Under the pieces are notes generated by a model. That model did not search any database. It was not told where the DNA came from and saw only the letters and a program-made list of their open reading frames with translations. A program made the translations under genes and the position numbers. From Eledone cirrhosa (Eukaryota): DNA of 64,000 bases. The stretch's first letter is position 1; each line of letters starts with the position of its first letter. Positions 11,150 through 24,175 of this stretch are shown one piece after another. The stretch is taken from the NCBI GenBank assembly GCA_964016885.1, contig OZ024743.1:10106001-10170000 (forward strand), read 5' to 3'.

Positions 11150-13103
11150 GGTATACATGGCACACAGGGAGGCTGAGCGTAGGAGGTTTGCCAATGTTCT
11201 GCGCCTGGAAGATCAGAGATGTGCAGCGTTCCGCATTGCAAGGCAATGTGTCAGTGTAAATCAGGATGTTGTTGGAGATAAGTATGTTCGGAATGATGCC
11301 AGTGTACTTAGTGTCATGAATGATCAAAAAAAGGTGACCTGGAAATGTCATTATGAGAGACTGATGAATGTGGAGAACGAATGGAAAAGAGAGAAATTAC
11401 CCCCAGTAGACTCGACAGAGGAACCAGCTATTGAGATTGACGAATATAGGGTACAAGAGGCAATTAAGGAAATGAAGAATGGTAAGGCTGCTGGACTGTT
11501 GGGGATAGTTGCTGAGATGCTAAAGGCATCAGGAGAAGTAGGCACTAAACTGGTTGCACGCATCATCAATCAAGCTATATATGGTGGTGTCATACCCAAA
11601 GACTGGGCAGCAGTATTCTCATAAATTGCTACAAAGGTAAAGGAGATGCTCTGGAGAGGAGCAATTACATGGGCATAAAGCTGATGGATCAGGTTATGAA
11701 AGTGGCAGAGAGAATATTTGCGCAACTCATTAGAGAAAGGGTCAAATTAGATGAGATGCAGTTTGGTTTTGTGCCTCGGAAAAGTACAACAGATGCCCTC
11801 TTCTTAGTGAGGCAACTACAAGAGAGGCTCTTAGAGAATAATAAGCCACTATACTTAGCTTTTGTTGACTTAGAGAAGGCCTTTTATAAGGTACCCCGAT
11901 CTGTCATCTGGTGGTTCCTAAGGAAACTAGGTGTTGAGGAATGGCTTGTGAGGACAGTGCAAGCTATGTATAGGGGTGCTGTCAGTAAAGTGAGAGTAAG
12001 AATGGAGTTTAGTGAGGAATTCCAGATACAAGTTGGTGTACATCAGGGTTTGGTCCTCAGCCCGCTCTTGTTCATTATAGTCCTCCAAGCCATAACAGAG
12101 GAGTTTAAGACTGGATGCCCATGGGAACTTCTCTATGCTGATGATCTGGTTCTTATAGCAGAATCAGTAGAGGAGCTAGAGAATAAATTCTGGCTATGGA
12201 AACAGCAGTTGGAATCATGAGGACTGAGAGTGAACATAGCTAAGACAAAAGTGTTGATAAGTTAGAAGAGAGGACAATACTCCGATTCCATCAGGGAAAT
12301 GGCCATGTTCAATATGTAGGAAAGGAGCTGGCATAAATTCCATAAAATGTATGCAATGTATATCTTGGGTACACGAGAGATGTAGTGGGATAGCAGACAA
12401 CTAACAGGTAGGGAAAACTACATATGCAGTAGATGTACAGGGAAAGTTGGCAGTAGTAATCGCAGTGATAGACACATTTTTACAATGCAGGTGGGTTCTT
12501 TAGAAGTGGTTGATAGCTTCCAGTACCTAGGTGACTAAATTTGCATGGGAAGGGGGGGGTTCCGAGGCCATAGTATCTAGAATAAGGACGGGTTGGAAGA
12601 AGTTTAGGGAGCTGCTTCCTCTGTTGACAAAGAAGGGTTTCTCCCTGTGTACGAAAGGACGGTTATATGATGCCTATATGAGATGCTCGATGCTGCATGG
12701 TAGTGAGACATGGGCAGCAACTGCAGAGGATATGCAACAGCTAGAGAGAAATGAGGCAAGCATGCTCCGTTGGATGTGCAATGTCAATGTGCGTGAAAGA
12801 AACTGGATATAAGAGGGATAAGTTGTGGCGTGCAGGAGAGAAGACTGAAATGGCATGGACATGTGATGCACAATGCACATGGAGGATGACCGCTGGGTAA
12901 AGAAGTGCCAAGAAGTCCCAGTAGAAGGAAGACGCAGTAGAGGTAGACCACGAAAAACATGGGCGGAGGCGGTGAGAGCAGACCTCAGATCGCTGAAACT
13001 CACGGAGGAGATGACGAAGGACCGTGACAAGTGAAGAGATGCTGTGCTGAATAGGACCCGTCCAACCCTTGCAAGCAGGGAAAAGCGGACGTAAAATGAT
13101 GAT
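11150..13103 (+). pseudogene. Disrupted 5'-truncated RTE LINE (RT with YADD, PHD-like insert, short 3' UTR)
   Basis: ORF pieces 11157-11624, 11669-12220 and 12531-12812 are homologous to 58890-61271; ends CCCTTGCAAGCAGGGAAAAGCGGACGTAAAATGATGAT. Confidence 0.93.
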
Positions 13104-13128
13104 TATATATATATATATATATATGAAA

Positions 13129-13500
13129 TATATGAAATATAAGAATCAAAGAACTGTTCAAAACATTATTGTGCTTACAGCTGTTTCCTCCAAACCGAGG
13201 TTTGGATTCTTCGGAAAGGGAGGTCATATAACTGTCCATGCATTAATAAATTGCTCCGAAGAATCCAAACCTCGGTTTGGAGGAAACAGCTGTAAGCACA
13301 ATAATGTTTTGAACAGTTCTTTGATTCTTATATTTCATATAACTGCTCTGTAAATCATCTGATGTTTTTACATTGAGCTACTTAACTTACTGGTAATAAG
13401 GTAGTAATACATTACTGCCTACCACTATTTAGGGTGTGTGTAAAATACTTACAACTGCTTAAGGTTTTGTGTTTACATAACCATAAATAGTATAACTAAT
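13129..13500. mobile_element. Fold-back Penelope-like element: 87-bp arms plus tail, in (TA)n
   Basis: 13129-13215 is the reverse complement of 13255-13341, 39-nt spacer; tail to ~13500 then TA repeat. Confidence 0.75.
13252..13298 (+). ncRNA. Variant hammerhead ribozyme (CCGAAGA core)
   Basis: TGCT-CCGAAGA-ATCCAAACC(TC)GGTTTGGAG-GAAAC-AGCT-GTA-AGCA; palindromic stem III ACAGCTGT. Confidence 0.7.
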
Positions 13501-14239
13501 ACTATATATATATATATAAATACATTTACTATATAACACTACTACAAGATGCATTTGCACCTATGTCATTGTAATACTCTGCTAAACACTATCTTACTTA
13601 ATGATAACTGAAATGAATTTCAGAATTTTAGTATACTCATCCAGATTTAGTAGTGAGATGTTAATAATCGAGCAAACTAATTATGGTTATTAATGAAATA
13701 ATATAACTAATATCAACCAATTAATAAATCTAATTAATAAAAGCAATATGTGTCTATGTATCTATGTATGCATATATGTATGTATGTATATATGTATATA
13801 TGTATGTATCTATGACAGATAAAGATAAGATACTTACCAGGGCAAGATTGAATAGGTTTAAAACTCAATTATGGTGACTTTGTGTGAAAATTCAAACAAA
13901 ATAACCCATCTTTATTTATCACTTTACATAAAACATATTATAGCATTTTACAGTATTAGTTTGTACACTGTAGACAATGAAGCAGCAACATTTGAGCATA
14001 CCTTCATCTCCAGCTTAATTTACATAAATATTTGTATTTATAAAACAAATAAAGCAAGTCAAATTATATTTGCAGCACACCAACTTATAAAATAGAAGAA
14101 TTCATTTTACAAAATACTAAACAAAAAAAATTACTTAATGAAGACAAAAGAGAATTTTCCACTTTATATGTGGTTAGTCAATATTCAAATGTATAATGCA
14201 TTACTAACAGTTCTTGTTATTATCAAAATCGTTATCAAA

Positions 14240-14480
14240 ATCATCATCATCATGATTATCATTTTTTCGTGCATCTGATTTTTCATGATTGCATGGGTTG
14301 TATGGCGCCTCTTAAAAACAGCATCTAACTATTTGCTGCATTCATTTGTCATCTTGTTTGTGATGTTCAGAATCCTGAGTGCAATTTTCATCCTTTCGAC
14401 TACTGTCTTTCTTGGTCTTCATCTGTCATGTCTTCCTTCCACTTGGAACTCCTGACACATCTTTACACGGCTATCATCAT
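14240..14480 (-). mobile_element. Old RTE 3' fragment
   Basis: Reverse strand shows a degenerate GR.RKT coding remnant, AACCCATGC tail and (GAT)n. Confidence 0.5.
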
Positions 14481-16758
14481 ATTTTTGTTCATGTAACTGG
14501 TTTTGTTTTTCATATAACCCTTCAGGGCTCACATAGAATATATCAAAATAACTTGCTTAAAAACAACCTTTCAATACAAAAGTTAATTATTTCATTTTGA
14601 ATACAAATAATTGAATTTCTTATCTTTAATAGTCTCTGTGATACATAAGCAATCCCTAATATTTTGGTAGTTAGATATTTTAGTTAGGTTTGAACAGAAG
14701 ACATAATAGTATTTGTAATCAATAAAATTAACAGGTATGTAATTAAATACATGGAATTGTACACTCGTTTAGCTGGGAGTCATTATAATTTCAGCCATTG
14801 TATTTTCAAGATTTCTTCAGGTGTCTGTTGCACATTATAATGTTTTCTGAATTTTTTTAATTAAATACTCCATTCAAACTACAGGCATAGATTGTTCTCA
14901 ATTTGGCGTCCAATGCCTAGGATGTCCTCAAATTAGTTATTAGTTACCAGTGATGGTGCTTGCTCATTCTGTTTAAATGGGAGTATTTATAGATATACTA
15001 ACTGTGTTGTTGACTCTTGTTCATCAGGTAAATGAACAAACACACTCAATGCTTAAGTAATACTTATATTGACAATGCTATTGCTTTGTAGGACAATCAG
15101 GTGTTGGAAATTAGGAGTCTCCAACCTAACATTTTTGTAGTCTTTTACTTAATCTTCTTTCTAATCTGTCATAACTAAATAATTAACCATTTGATAATAT
15201 TTCCTTATGGTAAACTAAAATAAGAATAAAAAAATCACACATCCATTCTAAATATGTCAATGCGACATAACCATGTCTAGTCATCTCATGATAGAAACAA
15301 ATATTATTGTATGAGTCAGACAATACTTTTGTGAAAAACACAATGCTCAGACATACATAATATTTCTCAAAAGAGAAGTAAACAGTAAAGGAAATCAACA
15401 GAATCATATATAGATAATTATACTACTATGAAAGAAAACATCCAATACATCACAGATTTTTTACTACAGAAAAAAAACATTTTAAATTGAAATGTTAAAA
15501 CTAATAGAATATACAGCACTATAATGTAAAATCTATGTCACATAATAAAAACAAAAATCTCAATCTATCAGTGAAGGCCATAACTAAAAGTGAAACAAGA
15601 TAATAGGTGATAGAATTATAAAGAATTTAGAGATATAGGAAATCTACTTTGACAGACCTTAATCATATGAATCAGAACATCAACAAGTTAAACATTCTGA
15701 ACTACATGGTATTAAAAAAGGAAAAATAAAAAAAGCTGATAACGAAAATGATAAAAAATGGAGTTACTGATAATAAAATCAAGTGAGTTGGAATGGAAAA
15801 AATCTTTTTTTCAACAAATGAAAATCAATAAAATACTGTTGAGAACAATAGCAAATTATTGCTACCTTCAAGAAATCTTTTGAAAAAGACAAAAGGCAAA
15901 GCTGATTTAAGTAATCTAAATCAAATAATATATATTCAGTAGGCAATGAGATCATAAATGGTAGATAAAAATGTTTAAATCAAAATCCAATCCTTCGAAA
16001 TTAATAAACACGTCATGGGCAAAAAGTTGAAAATTGATCATGACACAAATATACAATTTAAAGAGAAAAAGTGCATAATACCTCATGACATTTTAACTCA
16101 TAAATCATTACACCAGTCTTGTATCAGACAAAAAAAGTCCTTTCCTGCTATCAAAAATGACATGACTTAATGTGAAGATCTAGAATTATATGAAATACTG
16201 GTATATTACATCTTTAATTGATGTATTATTTGGCTATCAGTGACAGTAATTTGATAATCAGCTAAAAGTGTTTCAAATTTGTTTTTGCTTTTTAAATATT
16301 GTTTGTAACTTATACAATTGGATAAATGTGATCCCTTACATTCTTGGAAAATTAACAAAGAAAACTATCATCTAACTACAGTTACTTTCCTCATGACTTA
16401 TTATATTGATGATACTTTCATCATTATATTTCCAATGCACTGAATATCTCCAGTGCACTTAACATTTTCAGCATACTGAACACTTGGAGTGCACTCAACA
16501 TTTTCAGTAAATGGAAAATATTGAGTTCACTTCTCCAATGAATTATATGTTTTAATGGTTGACCTTCAAAGAAATTCTAAGCATGTACAATGTTATACTT
16601 GAAATCCTATTTTTATGGATCATTTCATTTGGTAGTTAAGACTACAGTTTTAAAGAACAGCTAGATCATTGTTAAACTATGAATATCATTGACAACATTA
16701 GTCTATATTATCTGAACAGCTCTCTTAACATTAAATTAATTTATTTAAGATTACTAAT

Positions 16759-16903
16759 AATTGTTTCTACGTTAGGCACAAGGCCAGCAATTACCCAGTG
16801 TATTACTGGTACTTTATTTTATCGACCCCGTAAGAATGAAAGGCAAAGTTAACCTCGGCGGGATTTGAACTCAGAATGGCAAGGGCCGTAACTCTATGCG
16901 CCA
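16759..16903 (-). mobile_element. SINE family B with 15-bp TSD
   Basis: Core and B-box on minus strand; TSD AAGATTACTAATAAT at 16747-16761 and 16904-16918. Confidence 0.88.
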
Positions 16904-18081
16904 AAGATTACTAATAATGTATATCTATATTTGAATAAGCTCACTGGTGCTATGATGTGATTAAACACACAGTAAAAACATTATCCAAATCTTTGCTGAA
17001 ACAGCTAAATCAAACTTGAAATTTACTTGCTTCAGTGAAATCAACAGCAATTTCATATAGCTAAAATGATTTCTTATATAACTGTATAGAGTGTGTTTCT
17101 TATATAGCTGTGTAGAATGAGATATTTAGGGAAGACTAAAGAACTCTCAAAACATAATTACACAACACATGACAATAAACTCTTATCTTAATATCATTTT
17201 TGTTCCTATTAAAGGAATAGTAATAAGAAAATGTTTGCTGTTATTAAAGGAATATATGGTAAACATTGAATGTTTCATATGTAGAGCCTTCTCCCAATAT
17301 TTATATTGACAAAAGAAAAGGAAAACTGTCATTGATTTTTCTAGTAGAAATCAAATATTGAAGAATAATGTGATGTAGTTTTTTAGCAAACAGAATTAGA
17401 AGAATTGCTTATGATACTGCTTTTGTGAATCATCATAAAATAATAAAAGGTAAGTACACAGAAAAATCAATTGTGAAGCATAAAGATCTATTGAATACTA
17501 ACTCATTTCTTTTTGCTGAAACATTACCCCATATTATCATTGTAATTTTCCATAAACACATTGAGCTTTGCAGAGTTCTATCACCAATTAGGAAAACTAT
17601 GTAAGTTATCAATTAGAGCAATTAAGAGAAGATATTGATAAATGCATATAATTGTACCTTTTTGTTGCCATTCTTTTAGGTTGAGCAACATTTGATTAGC
17701 AAACTGCAATGATTGTACATTACCTGCTTCAGGGAAACAACTGGAAACTTTTGTAGAACCAAACATACCTGTATCATTGCCATTCTATTCAGTATGAACT
17801 AATGATGGTTGTTTTTCTTTACTACTTAACATGTCCAAACATTAGAATCGGTAAAAAAAAATATTCCTTCTCTTCACATTAATAATATTGATTTTAAACT
17901 AAAGATAAAGAATTGTGTTCATGAACTATTTTATTATTAGCCTTTTAAATTGCCAAGACTAGGTCATTATTTTTACTTATGCCATGATTTCTGGTATAAT
18001 ACGTATAAATTCCCTCTAGGTACTCCATTAACTACAATTAGGCCTAGTGATAAGATCCGGCTTTCAGTCAATATGGTTTGT

Positions 18082-18326
18082 TAAACATTTTGTTACCATA
18101 TTTACCATGAAAAATACTGCCTATGATATATAAATCATTTTGAAACTAATCAAGAATTTGATTATATAACTAAGTTTCTCATTATTTATCTGCTGTTTGG
18201 TGCATAAAGTAAAGCGTTTTTCATAAAATTGAAATGAAAGGTCTTGATAAATACAAGCACTTTAGAATAAACAGACAAGTATCACAGAAACGGGATTTTC
18301 AGGTGGGTTGGTATGAAAGAGTTGAA
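18082..18326. mobile_element. Degenerate piggyBac-type MITE
   Basis: Ends TTAAACATTTTGTTACCA and TGGTATGAAAGAGTTGA form a weak inverted repeat with TTAA-like borders. Confidence 0.35.
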
Positions 18327-18583
18327 CAAGGATATATATATATATATATATATCATCATCTTCGTTTAACGTCCATCTTCCACGCTAGCATGGGTTAGAC
18401 GTATATATGTGTGTGTATATATATATATATATATATAGTATTAATAATAAATTTGAAGACTAAAATCCGAAGAGGGCTCGATAAGGATAAATATATATCA
18501 AATATATAAGAACCCTAGAGCAAATATTTATTAAAATAACAGATTAAAGTTTAATAAATATATATATATATATATACATAAAT

Positions 18584-18679
18584 TATAGTAGGAGAATAAA
18601 CAACCCAAATTCTTGAAAGATATTTATTTATTTACAATAAATATTTTTTCAAGAATTTGGGTGTGTATTTCCTACTATA
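18584..18679. repeat. Degenerate fold-back next to (TA)n
   Basis: TATAGTAGGA..ACCCAAATTCTTGAAA..ATATTTATT is mirrored by AATAAATAT..TTTCAAGAATTTGGGT..TCCTACTATA. Confidence 0.75.
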
Positions 18680-18836
18680 TATTTTTCTATTTACACTCTG
18701 CTTCGCTACATACTTATTGCATGGCTTTATTTCTCTTGCTTGCTTTCACTGCATGCTACTGGCTTATAATTCTCACTAACTAATCTCTTATCTCTCCTTC
18801 TTGATTGGATTGTACACATACATTTGATACACACAC

Positions 18837-18883
<47 letters not shown>

Positions 18884-19107
18884 TAAGATTGTTATTGCTC
18901 CAATCAGTTCACAAACACTTAGAAAACACCCTAAACCAAAAACCAACCTACACTCATGACTCCTGCTAAACCAAACCATAACCCACCCACCAAATTCAGC
19001 AAACTGAACATGGACCACCTACCTTCCCAAACCAAACTACAACACCAACCAAATGGTAAAGACAGATGTTATCTTGCAGCAACTGTCATATTATGCAGTT
19101 TCTATAT

Positions 19108-19204
19108 AATTGTTTCTACTTTAGACACAAGGCCAGCAATTACCCAGTGCATTACTGGTACTTTATTTTATCGACCCCGTAAGGATGAAAGGCAAAGTCA
19201 ACCA
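19108..19204 (-). mobile_element. 5'-truncated SINE family B with 18-bp TSD
   Basis: TSD ATGCAGTTTCTATATAAT at 19093-19110 and 19205-19222. Confidence 0.88.
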
Positions 19205-20454
19205 ATGCAGTTTCTATATAATAAAGCTAATAAAACTATTATCATCTGCAGCGACTAAAATCCCATTATGTAGTAGGGTGTGCTCCACCTTCTCCTATCA
19301 TCTCTTGACTTTGAACCCACAAACTATCCACTTTGATGATATGATGCCATGTATCAGGAAGTCTAGTTTGTACAACACAACATTTAATTAAAAAAATACC
19401 CAAGCCATTAAAAAAATAAACAAAATGCACCCAAGATGAATATCACAATATATGATATAAAAAGTCAACACAAAAATCATATACTTCAGGGTTATTATTT
19501 ACATATATATAATCACAAATATTCACACACGAATGCAAAATATGACAAAGATTAAATCTTATATATATACACAAACAAATAAGATCACATACAAATAAGA
19601 TCAAATACACACATACAAATAAGATCAAATACATAAACATTTGCAAAATTATTTAACAAATCATGACATACCAGGAAAGAAAACAAATGCATTGGCCATC
19701 CCTTCGTCTATAGTCATTAGCCATATTACTATCTTCACTCATGGCATTTTGGTCAAATATCAGCCAAAATCAGTAAAAGAAACCTCTATAATTTATGACC
19801 TCAAAATAAAATGCTAGTAGCAGGAATCTCCCATTAATTATTACTTAAATACAAACAAGCTAGATTTCTACAGCTTAAATGTAAACCAAAATATATGCCC
19901 TTTTATATTTACTACTTCAAAGCAAATATACTAAATTTTCTTAGATCTCAATGTTAACAAAATTAATTTCTTATCCATACACGTTTCAATTTCAAACTTG
20001 AATTAACTAAACATTTCTTAGAATCTTCTTTAAATACATTAAATTTCTACTACTTCAATGTAAACAAAATAAATTTCATACCCTTAAGCTTTTCATTTGT
20101 AAACTTGAAATAACCCTATATTTTCTTAGAATCTCCCTTTCAGTGCCAAGGCACCAATGACAATGCCATACCAGAAATGTTCTTCATATTCCTGTCATAC
20201 CATGTGTTTTAAGTATTTTTTCACTTCTTCCATATAATTATTATCACTGTTTTATGACAATTTTCCACATTTCCATAGTTTGGATGGATCTTTCCCACTA
20301 GGGCATCCCTCCATTTCGCAGTTGTTCATCATGAATGTGTGTGTATGTATATGTATATATATATATATATATAAATATGTGTGTGTGTATGTGTGTATAT
20401 ATATATATGCGTGTATGTGTGCATGTGTGTGTGAGTGTGTATAAATATATATAA

Positions 20455-20653
20455 CGAAGGAAGTGTGGTAAGGAACCAGGTGGACCATAACGCACCAGAG
20501 TACTCGATACTTAGGGTAGTAGAGTGGGTAATAGGAAAAGAGTCAGGACTCCGACAGCTGAGGTTTGGCTGTTTTGACAGCTAGATCTGAACGTTCAATC
20601 TAGCTGTCAAAATGACAGGAACTCAGCCGTCGGGGTCCTGACTCTTTTCCTAT
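20455..20653 (-). mobile_element. Short fold-back element in (TA)n, same family as 10711-10865
   Basis: Palindrome 20531-20653 centred on TGAACGTTCA; unique segment homologous to 10711-10785. Confidence 0.75.
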
Positions 20654-22949
20654 ATATATAAAATAAACAGGAATGAAGTGTCAATATAATATCGCTTGTT
20701 TTATTCATACGACGCATATTTCATGATCGATCAGCTCAAGGTACAAACAGTAGTGATCTGGCTCGACTCTGGAATTGATGAATGTATGTATATATGCTAG
20801 TGAACATATCATACCTTAACCATTTGGCACAAACACTGATTAATTTAGACAGTAAGTTTTGTTTCTTATTATAAATACTAATATATTTAATCCCCCAAGA
20901 AACATAACAAAGTTAAAATAATTTTAATCATTTAGCATTGACATAAGTTCTAAAAGAGGAGTTATAGATTAAATGAGAAGTATTAAAGCTCTCTTGGTAT
21001 TAGATACTAATCTATTTTAAGTGAATATTTCAACCAAGCTGATTCTTATATTTTAAATGTAAATGTGTATGTATATGTATGGTATATCTCTATGCACACA
21101 CACATACACAAATAGACATATATAAATGAATATATCATCATCATCATTATCATTTAATGTCTATTTTCCTGAAATAATGATGATGTTTATATACATGATA
21201 TATACATAATGTAAAAATAAATAAATACATAGATTTTGTTACTCTGGTAACTTTAGATAATTAGTTGGAAAATATTTACTCAGATATGGAAGTATATTAA
21301 GATATATAATAGGAAAATATACAGAAGCAACAATGTTCACCTTGACACAGAATACAATGAAATAATTGCTGCAACAAATAATCCAGTACCTTAATGTGTG
21401 TTTCATCACTACACTGACATGCATAGTAAAGGTTATGCTTCACTGATGTAGTCAGAATAACTCAGAAAATTGCTGAAAGTTATCTCCCATAATCGCTAAG
21501 AAATTGAAAAAATAACAGTCAATAACTAATACTGCTTTGTCCTCACCACATATTCATTTCTTGTTGGCTGTTTAAAGCTATAGGTATTAATGTGTTAACA
21601 CCAACTAATACAACTAATTTGATGTATGCTACTATTTTTTATCTATTAGCAAATATCTTTAGTTATTCCTTATGATACTAAACAGTAAGAAATTGTCCCT
21701 GGTAATATGATACAAAGCTACTTATATTTAAGACGTTGCATTTATCTAAAAGCCTTCCATCATAATGTAAGAAACCTTATGTTCAAAACACCAACTTAAT
21801 AATGAGAAAGTTAGTTATATAACTAAATCCCTTAAAATTCTTAATTTCAAAATTTTTGAAAATCATATGTAGTGTTTCTTATTAGAAATATTTTAATGAA
21901 AATTTAATGATGAATCCAATGAAGTTTATTTGATAAAGATGATACACTGCAATGGCAAGAAATATGTGTCAATACAGATTAGTATCAAACCAACCCCTAC
22001 ATTGTAGTTGTATAACTATAAAAATCACATTTTTTAAGCAAAAAACCAAGGTTACACAACAGCTAAAAAGAAACTCAGTATATCAATGTTGTCCCACAAT
22101 ACAAAACATTTCAAATTCCTAAAGAGGTTTACTAAATCAACAATAACAACATCATCAAACATATATGCAGAATAGAAGGAGCATGTGACTCACAGCAACC
22201 ATTAAAAACACATTATAGAGAGAGTGTAGAAGGGAGGAGGAAAAAAGAGGACAAAGATATTATTCCAGATTTAAAACATAAATGTACTTTTTTAGATTGT
22301 GGGAATATAGAAATAAAATTTTGGAAAATATGCACAAGTCATTTAAAATGTTAGATATATGTATTCGTTTCTTTTATTTCCTATTATATATCTAAGCATA
22401 TTTTCATGTTTTCATAAATATTGTTAAGCTAATCAACTGAACATATATGTATGTAGGTAGGTATGTAGGTAGGTATGCATGCATGCATGTATGTATGTGT
22501 ATGTGTATGTATGTGTGTAAAGGCTAATGTGACATATATAAAAGCAAAAGTTCACATATGCATATAAATTAATATTTGTTCATTCAATGTTATATGTATA
22601 ATATATATCTTTGTATGTACACATTTTAATATGGTTTATATACATATATATGTGTGTATATGTGTGTGTGCACGTGTACAACTTTTAAAAAGAAAACTAT
22701 AGAGCAAAACTATACAGCATAATGAAGATATATATCAATTTAAGGTTTGATATATGAGGAAAAGTGTCTTATTATTTCAGATTTTAGTCTTCCATCAGAA
22801 GACTGTATAATAAAAGAAGGAATAGAAAGATAGAGAAAAGTGGGAAGGGGAAGTTTTGGAAAAAAAGCATATATGTTCAGTTAGCCATGGATTCGAGCTA
22901 AAAAATATACAAGTGTGTATGTATCTGGATATATGTATATATGTATGTA

Positions 22950-23123
22950 TCGGTAGAGGGTCGAATGCCATGCTTTACAGCATAAAGTTACGGCCCTTTA
23001 CTGTTTGAGTTCAAATCCCACCAAGGTTAACTTTGCCTTTCATCCTCATGGGGTTGATAAAATAAAGCCCCAGTAATGCACTGGGATAATTGTTGGCCTT
23101 GTGCCAAATGTAGAAACAATTAT
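22950..23123 (+). mobile_element. SINE family B
   Basis: GAGTTCAAATCCC B-box, GCCTTTCATCC core, tail GGCCTTGTGCCAAATGTAGAAACAATT. Confidence 0.8.
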
Positions 23124-23156
23124 TAATATTATCATTATTTTTATTATTATCCTCAT

Positions 23157-23497
23157 TCATCATCATCATCATCATTTTACGTCCACTTTTCCCTGCTTGC
23201 AAGGGTGGGACAGGAACTGATTCTGGCTTGATTTCTACAGCTGGATGCCCTTCCTAACACCAACCTCATTTACAGTGAGTGCTGGGTGCTTTTTTGCTGT
23301 GGCACCTCCACGACCACTTTACAGTGGAATGATAGGGACCCCAGTCCCTATCATCTCATTTCTACAGCTGAGTAAACTGGAGCAATGTGAAAATAAAGTG
23401 TCTTGCTCAAGGAAACAACACATCACCCGGTCTGAGAATTGAACTCACAACCTTTCGATTGCAAGGCCAATGCTCTTACCACTAAGCCATGTGCCTC
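23157..23497 (-). mobile_element. Full-length tRNA-derived SINE family A with RTE tail
   Basis: Reverse complement nearly identical to 50459-50803 and 57837-58181. Confidence 0.92.
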
Positions 23498-23519
23498 ATT
23501 GTTAATATTATTACATTAT

Positions 23520-24175
23520 TATCGTGAAAATTATGAATTGACATTCGCAGCTGGGTTGGAAGTGGTATCACAGCTGGCAGGTGTAAAATTACTCGGCTGG
23601 AATTTACAGACATCATGGTGTTACTTAACTCAACAGAAGCTGATCTCCAATTTGCACTTGATTGGTTTGATGCCGAGTGCTGCATAGCTAGAATAAAAAT
23701 CAGTGCTGTGGAAACTGAGACACTCATCCTCTCAAGGAAGCCTGCACAGGTCACTGAAAGAGGTGGAGAAGTTCAAGTATCTCAGATCTGGGTTCATGAC
23801 TGATAGAAGGCAGGAGGCTGAATTAAGTGCAAAAATTGCAGGAACTAGCTTGTGCAGTCATGCACCAGTTTCAGCATTTGGTTATCAGAAAAAGAGAAGT
23901 AGGTGTAAAAGCCAAACTCACTGTCTTCAATTCGTTATACATGCCAACCCTTAACTATGGTCATGAATCTTGGGTAATGACCAAAAGAATATGATCGCGA
24001 ATACAAACAGCTTAAATGAAGTTCCTCTAAAGGGTCTTTAAAGTAACATTACTTGATAGAGTGCTTAACTCAAAGATCAGAGAGTCACTCCAGGTAAAGC
24101 CACTACTTCTCAAAATTGAGAGACCACTATGAGGATGTGGTTAGAATTTCTCAGGAAAGGATTCCATCAAAAGAT
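23520..24175 (+). mobile_element. Decayed RTE-like RT fragment (different subfamily)
   Basis: Pieces LKEVEKFKYLRSGF and PTLNYGHESW across frameshifts. Confidence 0.7.

Noticed and set aside
15200-16170. A-rich tract suggestive of an ancient LINE
   Set aside because: Too decayed to assign from sequence alone
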